A stretch of 63,947 nucleotides of DNA, counting the filler. It is 12 parts of 12 records of this genome, joined end to end, with 100 filler letters (N's around TTAATTAATTAA, not from the genome) between each part and the next. Parts side by side here need not be neighbours in the genome. Positions count along the whole stretch, not along the records: positions 40,172 to 43,679 come from SRR15195285_2094; positions 43,780 to 47,245 come from SRR15195285_2100; positions 47,346 to 54,357 come from SRR15195285_2104; positions 54,458 to 59,604 come from SRR15195285_2108; 8 more parts are not named here. One strand, written 5' to 3'. Position numbers and translations under genes: made by a program. A model generated the notes under the pieces. The model saw only the letters and a program-made list of their open reading frames with translations. It did no database searches and was not told the DNA's origin. Shown here piece by piece: positions 43,467 through 56,434 of the stretch. Positions within the stretch are counted from its first letter, which is position 1, and every line of letters starts with the position of its first letter.

Positions 43467-43998
43467 CGTTCCCAACCACCTCCGCCCTCAAATCGCCAGC
43501 TGCAGGGCCCAAGGAAGGCGCGCAGGGGCACAGCAGCGGCAGCCCAACGCCGCCGCGTGGAATGAATGAACGGGCGGTGTCAACGGACGTCCGGGCTATA
43601 CTTAAGGTGTTGAGTACCATATCTCACAATCTATCGGTACAAAATTACTCTGTTCAAATCATCACTCAATTCCCGAGTANNNNNNNNNNNNNNNNNNNNN
43701 NNNNNNNNNNNNNNNNNNNNNNNTTAATTAATTAANNNNNNNNNNNNNNNNNNNNNNNNNNNNNNNNNNNNNNNNNNNNAGCAGCAGCAGCAGCAGCAGC
43801 AACCACAGCGCAAGCAGGAGTACACGGCACGGCCGAAGCAAGCGCAACCGACATCGGCGACAGGTACAACTACGAAATCCAAACACGAGTTGTAGCCCTT
43901 TGGTTGAATTTTTCACAGTGCGTTGACCGCACTTTTTGTTCTAGTCATCAACGATTGTCCATGGCCGTGGCTACGCTTGATTTGCCGCTAGTATGCGG

Positions 43999-46900
43999 TT
44001 ACTGGGACACAGTCTTTTTGAAGAGTGGAAACTCGTTCAGCGGCGCGGGCACCATTTCTGTGCTTCCTCCTTTGTAGACCTTACCCTGCAGACCGACAAA
44101 TCAATACGATGAGAATCTAGAGCTCTGCGAACTGCTGTGAAGCAATAGCAGCTGGTCTAGATGTTGACTTTTCACTCCGTTGTCAGTGTGACGCACCGTG
44201 TAATGGTGTGTCCAGTCGACTCCAAGGGGGAAATACACCATTCGGGCACGCTGTCCAAGGTTCAAAACCGGAGCCGCCATGTAATCATCGCCCATCATAT
44301 ATCTGCGCATTGCATGCACACGCAGCCAAGCCAACCATACTGAGTGCCCAATCCACGACTCGAAACGTACGGGTGCGTCTGTGGACTATTGCTATAGGAG
44401 GCGGTCCTCGCATTTGTTGTAGCAACACGTCAGACAGAGGTGTCTACGATCTATCTATACTTACTGGTCGATTACACCACCTGCATTTGTGCTGGCCGCC
44501 TCGACAGCAAGGCAGCTGCCCGAGCCTGACTCGATGGCGCCGCCAGACGTGAAGGTCCATTGCTGGGTTTTGTCAGAAGATGAGCAGGGAGCGAGCGCAG
44601 GGTGGCCGGCAGTTCCACTGGTCAGGCAGTGGTGCGACTGAGTCTCTGTGATGGATTTGCTAGCCGCGTCGTATTTCCATGACTGTGCTCCAGCCCAGTT
44701 CTTCGCACATTTCCACATGTGTACAGGATAGGGACCGTCCGGTGGTGGCCCACCAACAGCTCCCCCGGAGTCTACGCACATGCCTTCCAGCTGAATATTG
44801 TTGCCAACTTGCTTGAACGTTTGCAGTGGATCCGAAGTGGCACATGGCTTAAGTACAACAAAATCGCCATCTTTAATCTTGACAGAGGGGCTGTTTGTCA
44901 TGTTTTTATCACCTGTCACCAGCACATGAGTCAGTTTCTTCTAAAAGTGCAGCCTCTGTACGAATTGCAACAAAGAATCCATTGGTGGCATGCGCTCACC
45001 GATGCCATTCTCCGCAAGCTCCCACGTTTTGCTGTCCGCCTGTAAACCACAGCAATCACCAAGTTGCGCACACGGATGTTTTGTGTCAGTTGCTCGTTTT
45101 CGTGGCAAATGATCGGTGACTGCTGACTACCAAGTAGCACGACGAAACCGGGTCTTCTTCTTACCGGGAAGTCCCACATGAGTGGACGGTTGAAGGGGCG
45201 CCCTGTTTCGTTGAGCTTGTTCAGCTCTGCGGTATAGTAGGGCTTCATGGCATGGCGCAGCTTAATGATATCTTCTATAATCTTCTCCGTCTCGGGCCCA
45301 TAAAACCATGGGCAGGTGTGGTCGCGTGCACCATGCTGACGAAGCATCGGGCAGGTCATTCCTACGTGCATCCATGCCCGCCAGAGTTATGGCCAGAAGA
45401 CACAGAAAGCACACACAGTGCTGGCAGATCACTGGGAGACGATCGGCATCCCAAACTCAGAAAGTGAGTCTGCTCCACTCACCGTACTGGAACCAGCGAC
45501 CGACAGTTTCGTGGTACTCTGGATCCTCAGCATGCCCACCGCTGTAGCCACCTACGTCAGTTGTCCACCATGGAATGGCGCTGGACTGTGCCGAAATGCC
45601 GATGTTTACTTGCGACTTCAGCACCTCCATCGTGCTACCGATGTCGCCGGACCACAGCACGGCCCCATGACGCCAAGTGCCCACCCATCCAGCGCGTGGC
45701 AGCATAACAATGTCTTCTTCACCATGCCCTTGGAGCCCGTCGTAGAACGCTTGTGTCCAGTACAAGGTGAACATGGAGCCCATGTCACGCATGTCACCTG
45801 CGGCCCAGGAGGCATTTGTGGAGAGGGGCCCGAATCCCTCGGGCTCGCTGGCATCAAGCCAGAAGATCTTAATGCCATACTTGTAGTAGCCACTCTCGAT
45901 CAGTGACCACACGTACTTCCTTGCTGGTTCGGTGGTTGGATCGACCAGGTGACAGCTCTCGCCATGTGTCTCGATGGGCACGTTGGTGCGTTTGCCGTCC
46001 TCCCCCACGTACGTAGTTACCCAGCTGTTGTTGACGAGCATGTCGTACGAGCGTGAGCCGGGGCATGTGAATGCCCACACTGAGACCATGATCTCCATAC
46101 CGTATGACCTGCACTCGTCCACCATAGCCTTCGGGTCTGGCCATGCCTGTTCGTTGAAACTCCAGTCACCCATGATCTTCCAGTGAAACCAGTCGATCAC
46201 GATGACGTCGACCGGCACAGAGCGATTGTGGAAGCCGCGAGCGGCCGTCAATAGCTCTTCCTGCGAAGCGTAGCGGTTCCTGCTGTGCCAGTAGCCGGGG
46301 TAAGGCATCTTGCGGGCGTGGCCCACTGCGTCCACGTACTTTTCCATCATCTGGAACGGCTTCTCCTCTGGCTTTGCGTCGGCGGAATGCGTGGTGATGA
46401 GGAAGTCAAACTGCTGCCGCAGCTTCTGGTTGCCAGCGTCGCCGGCAATGGACCACGTCATGGTCGTCGTGGTATGGTTTGCGCCACCGAGCGCGGGGGA
46501 GTTGAACAGCAGGCCGAACTGAAAGCCAGTCTTGGGGTCAGCGCCGAGGACCCATGGCAGCGAGTTTGACGGGCCGCCCTCGTAGCTGATGGACTTCTGA
46601 AAATCGTACACGTGCCCGACGACGTTGACGCCCATGCCGGGGCCGTTCTGGTCTTGGCGGTTCTGGCCCATGCCGTACAGCTTCGTGGCCGTGCCGGAGA
46701 AGTCGAAGGTCACGCTCGACTGGGCGCCGCTGGACGGCGGTGAGAAGGCGCGAACGGTCTCCTTGAAGAGCACCTTTGAGTCGGACACGCGCGTGAACGA
46801 GAGCATCCCATCCGCGCCAACTTCTGCCTTGATGTTACCGGAGCTGACGGGGCCAGCCTCGACCTTCGGGAGCGCGGAGCCGAATCCCACCGTCCCGAAG

Positions 46901-47082
46901 CCGCTGTCACCCGCGCCGAGCGCTCCTCCTGGCGCGCCGCCGGGCAGGTACGCAGTCGGGAGCTCGTCGGTCAGCGTCCACGATGGCGGCGCCACCTGCA
47001 CCCGCAGCGTGTTCTCCCCCCAGGGTCGCACCAGCACGTTGTCCGCCGCTGCGAGGGGAAGCAGCGCGAGCAGCAAAGCCAT
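43999..47082 (-). CDS. GH31 glycosidase (alpha-xylosidase-like) with ricin-B lectin insertion (multi-exon)
   Basis: Signal peptide, VIVIDW, nucleophile WLDASEP, acid/base WSGD, TDVGG, RQHG, RPLMWDFP, YMMGDDYMAAPV and FPLF. Ricin QxW/F repeats at 44465-44915. Confidence 0.92.
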
Positions 47083-47345
47083 ACCACGTCCCTCGTCCGC
47101 GTCAGGGAGTCCAGTCGCCGCCTTCTCGAACACGTCCCACTTCACAGCCCCACCCGCCCAGGAGACTCTAGATCTATTCATAGGATTCCTACGGCGCCAG
47201 ACACTCTCGGCCAGAGGCGTGGCCCCCCTCGATTTTTTGAGACGGNNNNNNNNNNNNNNNNNNNNNNNNNNNNNNNNNNNNNNNNNNNNTTAATTAATTA
47301 ANNNNNNNNNNNNNNNNNNNNNNNNNNNNNNNNNNNNNNNNNNNN

Positions 47346-50300
47346 TGTTTAGCCTATATTCCGAGGGGTGCCTAGACATCAATCTGAGCCCGGCCTTTCT
47401 GCAGGGGCTGTGGTTCAGTAGCATGAACCACACAGGACCCAGAGCCACGCCAAGCAAGCCTTTTGATCACATCAATGTTGTCACCACCGCACCCATTAGG
47501 GACGACATGGCCAACGCGAGAACTCATTTGCAAACACAAGAAGCGCAACGAAAAGCGCCGGTGGATATTGGAGCACAGGAGGCAGCGTCGGACTTGAACG
47601 CCTCACCATATTGGCTTCGCAACTCCTCAGGCAGTGCAATTGAGGTGCGGCTGAGAGCTGGTCGGGAAGAGTCAGGCCCAGCATATCTGCCAGTGGCGAA
47701 CCAAGAACGGGTTGCACTTGACGCGGCTGACTACGGCGCCCCAGCGTTGGACATCAATGGCATACGAATGGAGGATATAGGTGGCTGCGACCTGCACGTA
47801 CGCTTTCAGCACGAGGGTGAGCAGATTGAGTACGTTTTCGAGAGTGTGAACAGAGTTGACACGCACCAGCCGAGGGAAGAACTAGTCGGGAGACCTGATG
47901 TAGTATGCTATGTGCACATCACCTCTGAAGGCAGGAAGATCTGCGAGGTGTGCTCGAGGCTGCGAATGCAAAATCGTACCCGTGGGCCGCTTGAGTTTGG
48001 CTTCAGTGAGTCGGCAATGACTGTGTTGGTAAAAGCTGGCGAAACTGGCTACGCCCCACCGCAGTACTGCGGCGCTGCAGCTACCGCAGATTTGGTCTTC
48101 GTGCGGCCGAGCAGAGATTTTGAGTGGGCTGAGATGCGTTTGGGAGGTCAGGAGGTCCACAGAGGTGTTGCTCGATGCGAACGCATCCGATCTGGCCGCG
48201 GACAGGAGCATATCCACGACCCGGGTTTCACAGCCTGCTTCTCTTGCGCGCTGCCGGATCAGCAGCGCCCAGTTAACGTGCTCACACTTTTTGATGCGTT
48301 GACCCTGCAGAATATGATTCCAAGCACGGTGACTCTAGACGTTTTCAGCTCGGCCGGTGAGACGGCTGCAGAGGCCAGTGTGTCGCTGGAATTCGGCGAC
48401 ACCTATGTAGTACCAAATTGGCTCCCTAAGCAGCCCGCATGGCTGGCAGTGACAGACTGCTGTGGGGCCACATCACACCGCACGCTCATCCACGAGGCAG
48501 AACTCGATAAGAGTTGGGCAAAGTTCGGGGCGACGCCACAACACGAACTTGGGCACGTGGGAACTGCAAAGCGCAAGGTCGGGGCGCTCAAGATGACAGC
48601 GAACGTCGAAAGCAGCCTCCGACTGCGTGGGGGGCAATTCGCGGTGAAGCACGTTTCGAATGGTAAATTGACTGCAACGGATCATTTTGACGTAGCAGTC
48701 CACCACACGGACCTGGTTGATGCAGGACATACAGTCTCACTGCACGTGACCCACTGCGTCATAAACCGGACGGAGTACCCACTTTATATGAAAACGGACT
48801 CCAAAGAATCCTTTGTGGTGGTGCCAGCCTGGGTCCCTCCAGCGTCTTCTATGGCGCCGCTGCAAGAGAATCCAATTATGCTGCCTTGCTCAACGCAAAG
48901 CACGGCACCATTTGGCGGTGACAGTAGCCTCGACAGTGTCAACGTGCGCTTTGGTTGCCCTGTGCAGCAGGTTTTGCTTGAGGATAACAGTCACCGTTTT
49001 GTACTACTCAGCGCTGCCTTCAAGCGGAACACCGATGCATTTGGTAGCGATGACTTGACCTCGTACGCCAAGGTGGTTTGGAACTCGCGAGTTATTGCCG
49101 AGACAGAGGAAGTTCGCTCTACACGCTTCCCTGTCTGGAACAAGTCGACGCCGATCAATCTCAGTGGCCGGGTAGCTCCAATGGCCGTGGCGGTGTACGA
49201 TAGGCGAAAGATCGTGTCAGACAGCCTGCTTGGAGAGGCATTAGTTCCGATTGAGAATCTACGATCAAATGCGGGTAAGGATGTCATCCTCCCACTCTTC
49301 ACCCCATCGGGGAGGCAACATGCGGAGGCCGCGGAAGCAAAGCGAGCACAAGCAATAGCGGAGCAGGAGCGAGGACAGGGAAATGTGCGAACTGATATAT
49401 CTGGTGTCTGGCGGGCAACTAGCTCCGACCAGTGCACCACAGAGTGTATTCTGCTGCGGGAGGGTCGCAAATGCGAATTGACTGGAGGTCATGTCTGCGG
49501 AACTGGTGATGCCTTCGTGATCCAGGCAGGGAAGCACGATCATGAGGGGAATGAGGGTATGGAGATAACGTTTGAGCAAGTGTACGAGCAGGACGGTGCA
49601 CGAGTTGACTGGGTTGGCACGCTGACCTCTCCCGACACCATGGTCGGGACGTGGCATGGGACGGGGATCCATGGGAGCTTTGATGCAGTGCGGCTTCGGG
49701 AGCTGGACTATGCAGATCTGGCGGTCGGGTTCCTCACGTTGCGGCTGGAGGATGTTGGAGCGGTATCGACTTCGAATATTGCTTCGGAGACAAACCGTCA
49801 CCGTGACGACGTTCACCACTATGTGGGCAATTGGTCGGACAAGTTGCCGCTAAGCCATGATTTAGCGGTCGGTGCTGGGCTGCCTCCGATTACGATTGAT
49901 GCTGGTCGGCAAGGGAAGCGGCAGCTTGGAATCTACGTTGAGCCTCCAGCAATTCCATTAGCACCCATGGTGATCGCAATCGTGCCCCGATTCGTTTTCT
50001 TCAACTGTTCTGGCGCAGCCCTGATGCTGGTGGACGTCGACTCATCATGGATGGCGACGATCGAGTCGAATGAACACTGTGAAGGCTTCACAGCTCCTCG
50101 GCAGACTCTGCACACCCACGATGACGTGCGGCACCGGCTGGTGGTGCGTAAGCTGCGTAGCGCGGGGGTCTTTGTCGACTCTGAGATCATCGATGTGGAG
50201 GAGCCTGGCGTGAAATGGGGAATATTCCCAACAAATGCCGATAGACAGGCTGGAAACGAAGACCAGGAGGATGCAGTTGACGTGCTGACGCACCTGGCAG

Positions 50301-53300
50301 ATGATGTCCACGCACACTGCCAGCTGGATGAACAAGGCACAATGGTGGTCACGCTACGCAAGGCGGCAGACGTGGAGCCGCCGTACCATATCGTAAATCT
50401 GAGTATGATTGAGCTTGAGTATCGCCCAAAGCTTGAAACTCCGACTGATGACCTGGTGCCATCAACAGCTGACGCAGAGGCGGAGCCACCGAGGTATCGA
50501 AAGCTTGGAACAAACAAGACAGCTGCACTACATGAGCACCTTTGGCCACGGGATCGATCACAGACGACAGCAGGTAAAGTGCACAGGTTGGAGGTCCGCA
50601 TCGGTGGTGGTGAAGGCGGGGAGACGCGGGTGTTTTCATTAGACAAGGTCAATGACCGCTGCCCCAAATGGGAGGTGGCCAACCCGACTGCCGAACCAGG
50701 AGCTGGGGCAGGAGGGCGCATACGTCTACGGCCACAAGTGTTGGTAGATAGACAGGGTCTGAGCCTTCGTTTCAGCACCACGCGGACGGGAGGCCGTTGG
50801 ATCGACCAACATGCTTCTAAGATTGACGTGCAGATGCTCGGCGGGATGAGCATCTCTGTAATTTCAGCGCAGCAATCGCGTGGAGAGCAGCAATTTCAGG
50901 TGCAGCACCAACGGCAAGAGCTTATGTACGGTCGGCTGCATGGGATTCATTACACGTCCTACATCGGCGATGGTTTGCGCACGGTCGAACTGATAGTCGC
51001 TAGAGCGCAGCTGGACGACCAGATCAGTCAACAGGTGGTGCTACGTCCACGATTGAGCAGTACTGACCGGCAGCTGCACTTATGCATTGCCAAAACTTCC
51101 CCTTCCACTATCGATCGCGTCGATCTGAGTATACTACCTTTCGTTTTTACCCTCAAGTACCCTACGGCCAAGCGAATGTTTCTGTGGTGGAAAAACATCT
51201 TCGATGGGAGTGGAGACAACCTGTACCCACATTCGATGCAATTGCACACGACGCATGGGCGAGTGCAGGCACGATCACAGGCTAAACAGGTCCTTTTGGA
51301 CCTGGTTGACCCAAGCTACAAGGCGTGTATCCTACCGGACAGTTGCAGCCAACGTTGGAAGGGTGACACAGCCACCAGCACCCGTGGGAACGATTGCGGC
51401 AGCAGTCCGGTGCTGCAACGGGTGTACATCAAATCCCTGCGGCTACGGCACGTCAAACTAGAGTGTACAATTGACATGGTAGGGGCGGTCCGGGACCCGA
51501 TGGCAAGTGAGCTACTCCCGTTCATGTTCGGTATCGGAGCCGGCAGCTTCTCCGCCATGGCTCGCTTTACTTTTGGACTCGCAACAAAAGCTAACAGCGT
51601 CAACCGTATGCGGTTGAACATTGACGAGTTTGAGCGCAGTCACTGGTTTGACACCAGGGAAAGCGCCTTTACGACAATGCACAACCATTACAGTGAGCAA
51701 ACGATGAGGCAGTTGTGCTCTCTACGTGGCCTCGCCAGTCTTGATATTTTCGGCGCTCCATTGACGAAGGTCAAGATCGTGAGCGAATCAGCACACGAGG
51801 GCTGGCTGGCCGTTAGAGATAGAGATGGGATCGGAATGGCACTGAGTGGTGTGAACATGGGCAAGGAGCTTGTCGCCAATACTCTCACCACCGCCAGCAC
51901 GATGACACAGGCATTCAGCGGCACGTTGAAGAATATCATCGGCGATGAAGTTGCCATGGACAAGGCGGCAACGACCACGGCTACTGGCGCCGTAGCAAAT
52001 GTGGGTGGTGCGAGCGATGGTGTGATCCAAGGTGGGAAAATGCTTGGCGAGGGCTTGGTTGATGCTGTGACAGGAGTAGTGCAAAGACCCATGGAAGGCC
52101 TACAGCAAGACGGCGGCGCTGGGCTAGTTCGGGGTACAGGCGAGGGTCTGCTTGGTCTGGTGCTCAAGCCTGTCGCTGCCGTCTCTGACTTCGTCAGCGC
52201 GTCGACTGAAGGCCTCGCTCAGACGTTGGACTCGAATCCATTGACAGACACTGCGCCACCGTGGGCACATCGGGCTGGCGGTGGTACGCGCGCTGGCCGG
52301 ACCATGCGGAGCGCAAGGTCCTTTGGACAGTTTGGTGAATTGAGTGAGTTCTCACCGGGCGATGTTCTGCTAAGAAAGCTGGCAGATCGCCGGCGACGTT
52401 CCATTCAGTCGATACCTAGAAACCCTCGTCATCAGCCAGGCGTCCCGCCCCCGATCCGGCCAGAGGATGAAAGGTGCTTAGATATGCTGGTGGAAACAAC
52501 TGCGTTGCAACGGCGTGAGCACGGTCAGCAATCCGTGGAGGTGAAGATGACGTTGCTTACCGAGTGCTCGCTCGTGCAAATTGTCACTGTCGAAGCTGCC
52601 GAGTCCGCCGTGGCCCGTGCTTTGCAATTGCAATCACACCCTCAGTTCCCCTTCGCCACAGTCATCTCGGAAGCGGAGCTGGGTGAGTTGATACACAGCA
52701 GCAGAGCACAGCACTGGGAGATTGTTGAAGACCGCAGCTTGCAAGATCTATTCAGCGTGAATTTTGACCCTACCCACCAGACAGTCACGCTGACATTAGG
52801 CCCACGGTGGGATAGTCGAACTGTGGGCCAGACTGTTGATCAAGGTCAAGAGCGCAAGCTCAGGCTGTCTCGCAGCCCTCGAATTGTGGACGATACGAAG
52901 GTGTCAGAACCAGCTGCAGGCAGTCTTGGCGGTGTGCGAGACTTGCTCCGGTTCATGGGCGGTGTGGTCAAGACAACATCACACCACCAGGGGCAGACAC
53001 ACACCTTGGTGGACATCACCAATGCAGATGCAGCACCAGGAGGTGAGACTAACACAACTGTGGCAGCTCCATCTGTACGCATTCAATCACCGGCAAGGAA
53101 GGTAGCCAGGACGCTGATGCAGTCACAACATTCCGAGCTACTGCAGGAAGGTGTGGCTATGGAGGACCACGGCTGGCTGTTAGTCATTTACCTTACGGAA
53201 CTAGATCACAGTCATTTGTACAACGAGCAACCCAGAGGTCAACCGCCGCATGCAGGCTGGCGATACAGCTTAGAGGTATATAATGCGCAGGATGGTGTGA

Positions 53301-54357
53301 TTGGCAGCGGCACCGTCGCAGGACTTACCTCAGCAGACTCCGCTGCGATTGAGCTGCAAGGTCACCACGAGGACTGCCGGCTACGCGTGCGCCGATATCT
53401 ACACACCAGCACTAGGGTTGCGGTGCTGCCACAGGCGGTGCAAGACAGTGCTGTCACCGTCCTTGATGCTGATCTTCCCAGGCTGGGTACAGCGTGGCGC
53501 CGTGATTGGCGCATTGATGACCTGAATGATGTCAGGATCGACAGTGCTGGCGAAGTAGTTGATCTGACATCTCCACAGTCTGACGTGTCGGTCGATGTGG
53601 CGGCGTCGATGGAGCGCCGCCTACTGGGTTGGAGTGTACCCGCTCGTGTGCTTGCGGAAGGTGCCACCCACGGGACACACCACAGCCACATGTCTCTCTC
53701 TTCAACTACCACTATGCATGGCAGCCAACGGCAGCAGCAACGCGGGCCGAAGCTAACACCCGTGCTTGATATAAGCCATGAGGTAATCGACTTGACCAGC
53801 CCGGAGAGTTCCGTTATCAGTGACATCGAGGAGGCAGAAGTACAGGAGGCACGAGTAGCTGAGATGATTGTCGCAGCAACGGAAGGTGATGTCGAGAGTT
53901 TGGCGAGGCTCTCGTCTCAGGACCCAGCACTGCTTCACGCCAGGCTGCCGCTGAGCAACAGTAGCGCCAACAGTGGATCAGTAGCGAACGCATTTACTAC
54001 TATAGGCGACGGTACAGCCACTGCATTATGGCTGGCAGCTTGGAAAGGTCACGCGGAGGCTGTACGGTGGCTTTTGGAGCGCGGGGCTGACGGTAGTACC
54101 TCCTACCACTGTACTTCCCGCACAGGTGCGGACAGTTCTGGACGCACGGCTCTGCATGCCGCTTGCATCGAGGGGCACTCGTCTGTTGTGCGTGCGTTGG
54201 TCTGCGATCCACGTGTGAGCCTGACCAGTCGGGCAGAGGCTGGGCGGACAGCCGCGCACTGTGCTGCCGAGCGTGGGCACATGGAATGCCTGCGTTTGAT
54301 TCTCCATGAGGGCAGGCGACGCGGCCCTCCTGCGCCGTCAGTTGCGGCTGCGATGGC
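47346..54357 (+). CDS. VPS13-family lipid-transfer protein, C-terminal part (VAB repeats, C2, ATG_C-like) with ankyrin tail; truncated at both ends
   Basis: Motifs LDINLSPAFL, PYWLRNSSG, VINRTEYPL, PRFVFFNCS, PPYHIVNLS, QLDDQ, LDIFGAP and GLVDAVTGVVQRPMEG..GGAGLVRGTGEGLLGLVLKPVAAVSD. Ankyrin repeats TALWLAA, TALHAAC and TAAHCAA. Confidence 0.85.
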
Positions 54358-55100
54358 NNNNNNNNNNNNNNNNNNNNNNNNNNNNNNNNNNNNNNNNNNN
54401 NTTAATTAATTAANNNNNNNNNNNNNNNNNNNNNNNNNNNNNNNNNNNNNNNNNNNNCCTCCCCTCGAGGGGTAGAGAGATAAACCACGCTGGGCGTGGT
54501 GCCAAGCGCGCAAGCGGCTCAGGGGGTGTGAGGAATGTTCTCTACAGTTGTACGAATGAACTCTCATTCTCAGTCAGTCAGGGAGTTCGATCGTTTCCAT
54601 GATCGTTTCACGTTTGGCCCGGTATCAATTATGCAACCCCAGTGACCTACCGTACTCTTCGATGAGTAGGCGGAGCAGCTGTACCTGGTAGTCCTGTAGT
54701 GCGGGGGTACCGCAGGAAGCGGAGCAGCGTGAGGGCGCCGGGTCGTTGGCAGCGTGGCTGCGTGTGCTTGCGGTGGTGCGTGGTGCGCGGTGGTGCTGAT
54801 TGTAAGAGCGCCCGCCGTCCAGTTGCACTGCGCAGCTGGGGGCGCTGGGGGGTCCCCTTGCTGCGGAGTCGGGTGCTGGCGTCGTGGTGTGGCGCACGTC
54901 CTCACCCACTGGACTGGGTCGAACAGGAATTCTGGAACAGTCTGTGCGTCCCTGCCGGTGCGGCGGACTAGCTAGCGAGTCTACCTAAGTCGACTGCGCA
55001 GGCCGAACCAGGTGGAGACAGGCCGCGGTGGCATGAGGTCGTCGCGTGCTTCGTGCTAAGTCGGTGGTGCTCGAAATCGCTGGTGAGGCAGTCGGGAAAC

Positions 55101-56333
55101 ATGGAACCGCCAGCGGTCGCGGTGCCAATGACTCCTGACCAGGCAGCAGAGGCTGCTGCTGCAGCAGCTGCCGCTGCTCCGCTGGTTGTCTCCGCATCCC
55201 GTGGCATCGACCAGTCACCGTTCGAGATGCTCAACGCGATCATCGGCAACCGGTATCATTTGGTACACGGTATCGGGCGTGGTAAATATGGCAAGGTGTA
55301 TGAAGCCCGGGACCTACACACGTCAGAGGCTGTTGCAGTCAAGGTAATCATGCGCATCGAGCTGCCCACAGACAGGCAACGCAAGGCGGAGCGCGAGTGG
55401 ATTGTCGCATCCAAGCTGCATCACCCAAACGTGATACAGCTGCGCGACGTACAGGTGTCGGAGGATCACGTTTTCTTAGTGATGGAGCTTGCGTCGGGGA
55501 GCGAGCTGTTCGAACGTGTAAGCCGCAGCGGCGGACTGAGCGAAGATCAGGCTCGGATGTACTTCCAACAAGTTGTGTCGGGCATTCAATACTGCCACCA
55601 TGAGGGCGTGTACCATCGCGACTTGAAGTTGGAAAATCTGCTGATGGCCAGCGAGGAGTCTGACCAGGTGAAGATAATGGACTTCGGATTCTCGAAAGAT
55701 TCCACGATGAGTGTGCCTAAAACTTACTGTGGGACGATCAGCTACATGGCACCGGAGGTGACCGACCTCATCTCGGGCACAGCGGTCTATGATGGCGCGA
55801 AGGCGGATATCTGGTCATTAGGTGTGATCCTCTACGTCACTGTCTGCTGTTCCTACCCGTTTGGACATGATGGGCGTCCGGAGCTAGGAGGTGAATCTGC
55901 GCATGTTGTGTATGAGAGAATACGGAATCGCTCGTTCAAGGATGGCCCGGAGGAGCTGGCACGTTATTGTTCGCCACCTCTTCAAGAGCTAATTGTAGGG
56001 ATGCTCACTGTAGATGTTGACAGCCGCCTTGACATTGATGCGATCGCGGCGCATCCTTGGATGCAAGTTGGGCCGCAGTACGAGCCACAGGACGTCGTGC
56101 CGCTAGCAGATTCTAGCACAGAGTTGCAGGTGCACTGGCCTGCACACAGCTCCAGAGGAGGCCTGATGGGCCACGGCGACTCTGGGGGGGGTGCTAGTGG
56201 CCATGGAGGTGGAGGACATGCTGATATAGATGACGACCGTTACCACAGTGAAGATGATTCCGAAGCGTGCTCTGATTTGGGTGACGTCGACATGGATGAG
56301 GCTGGGGACCACGCTCCACCATCAATTACGTGA
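55101..56333 (+). CDS. Ser/Thr protein kinase, CAMK group (SnRK2/CIPK-like) with acidic tail
   Basis: Motifs IGRGKYG, VAVK, HRDLKLENLL, DFGFSK, CGTISYMAPEV, YDGAKADIWSLG and HPW; Asp-rich C-terminus. Confidence 0.93.
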   Translation: MEPPAVAVPMTPDQAAEAAAAAAAAAPLVVSASRGIDQSPFEMLNAIIGNRYHLVHGIGRGKYGKVYEARDLHTSEAVAVKVIMRIELPTDRQRKAEREWIVASKLHHPNVIQLRDVQVSEDHVFLVMELASGSELFERVSRSGGLSEDQARMYFQQVVSGIQYCHHEGVYHRDLKLENLLMASEESDQVKIMDFGFSKDSTMSVPKTYCGTISYMAPEVTDLISGTAVYDGAKADIWSLGVILYVTVCCSYPFGHDGRPELGGESAHVVYERIRNRSFKDGPEELARYCSPPLQELIVGMLTVDVDSRLDIDAIAAHPWMQVGPQYEPQDVVPLADSSTELQVHWPAHSSRGGLMGHGDSGGGASGHGGGGHADIDDDRYHSEDDSEACSDLGDVDMDEAGDHAPPSIT

Positions 56334-56434
56334 TTTCCAATACACGCGTGCGGAGTGTTCTACCTCTGCCTGCCACAGGTACAGTTGCAGATCTACCTAG
56401 ATAGCGGTGCCAAGCAACGTTGATCATTACTAGG

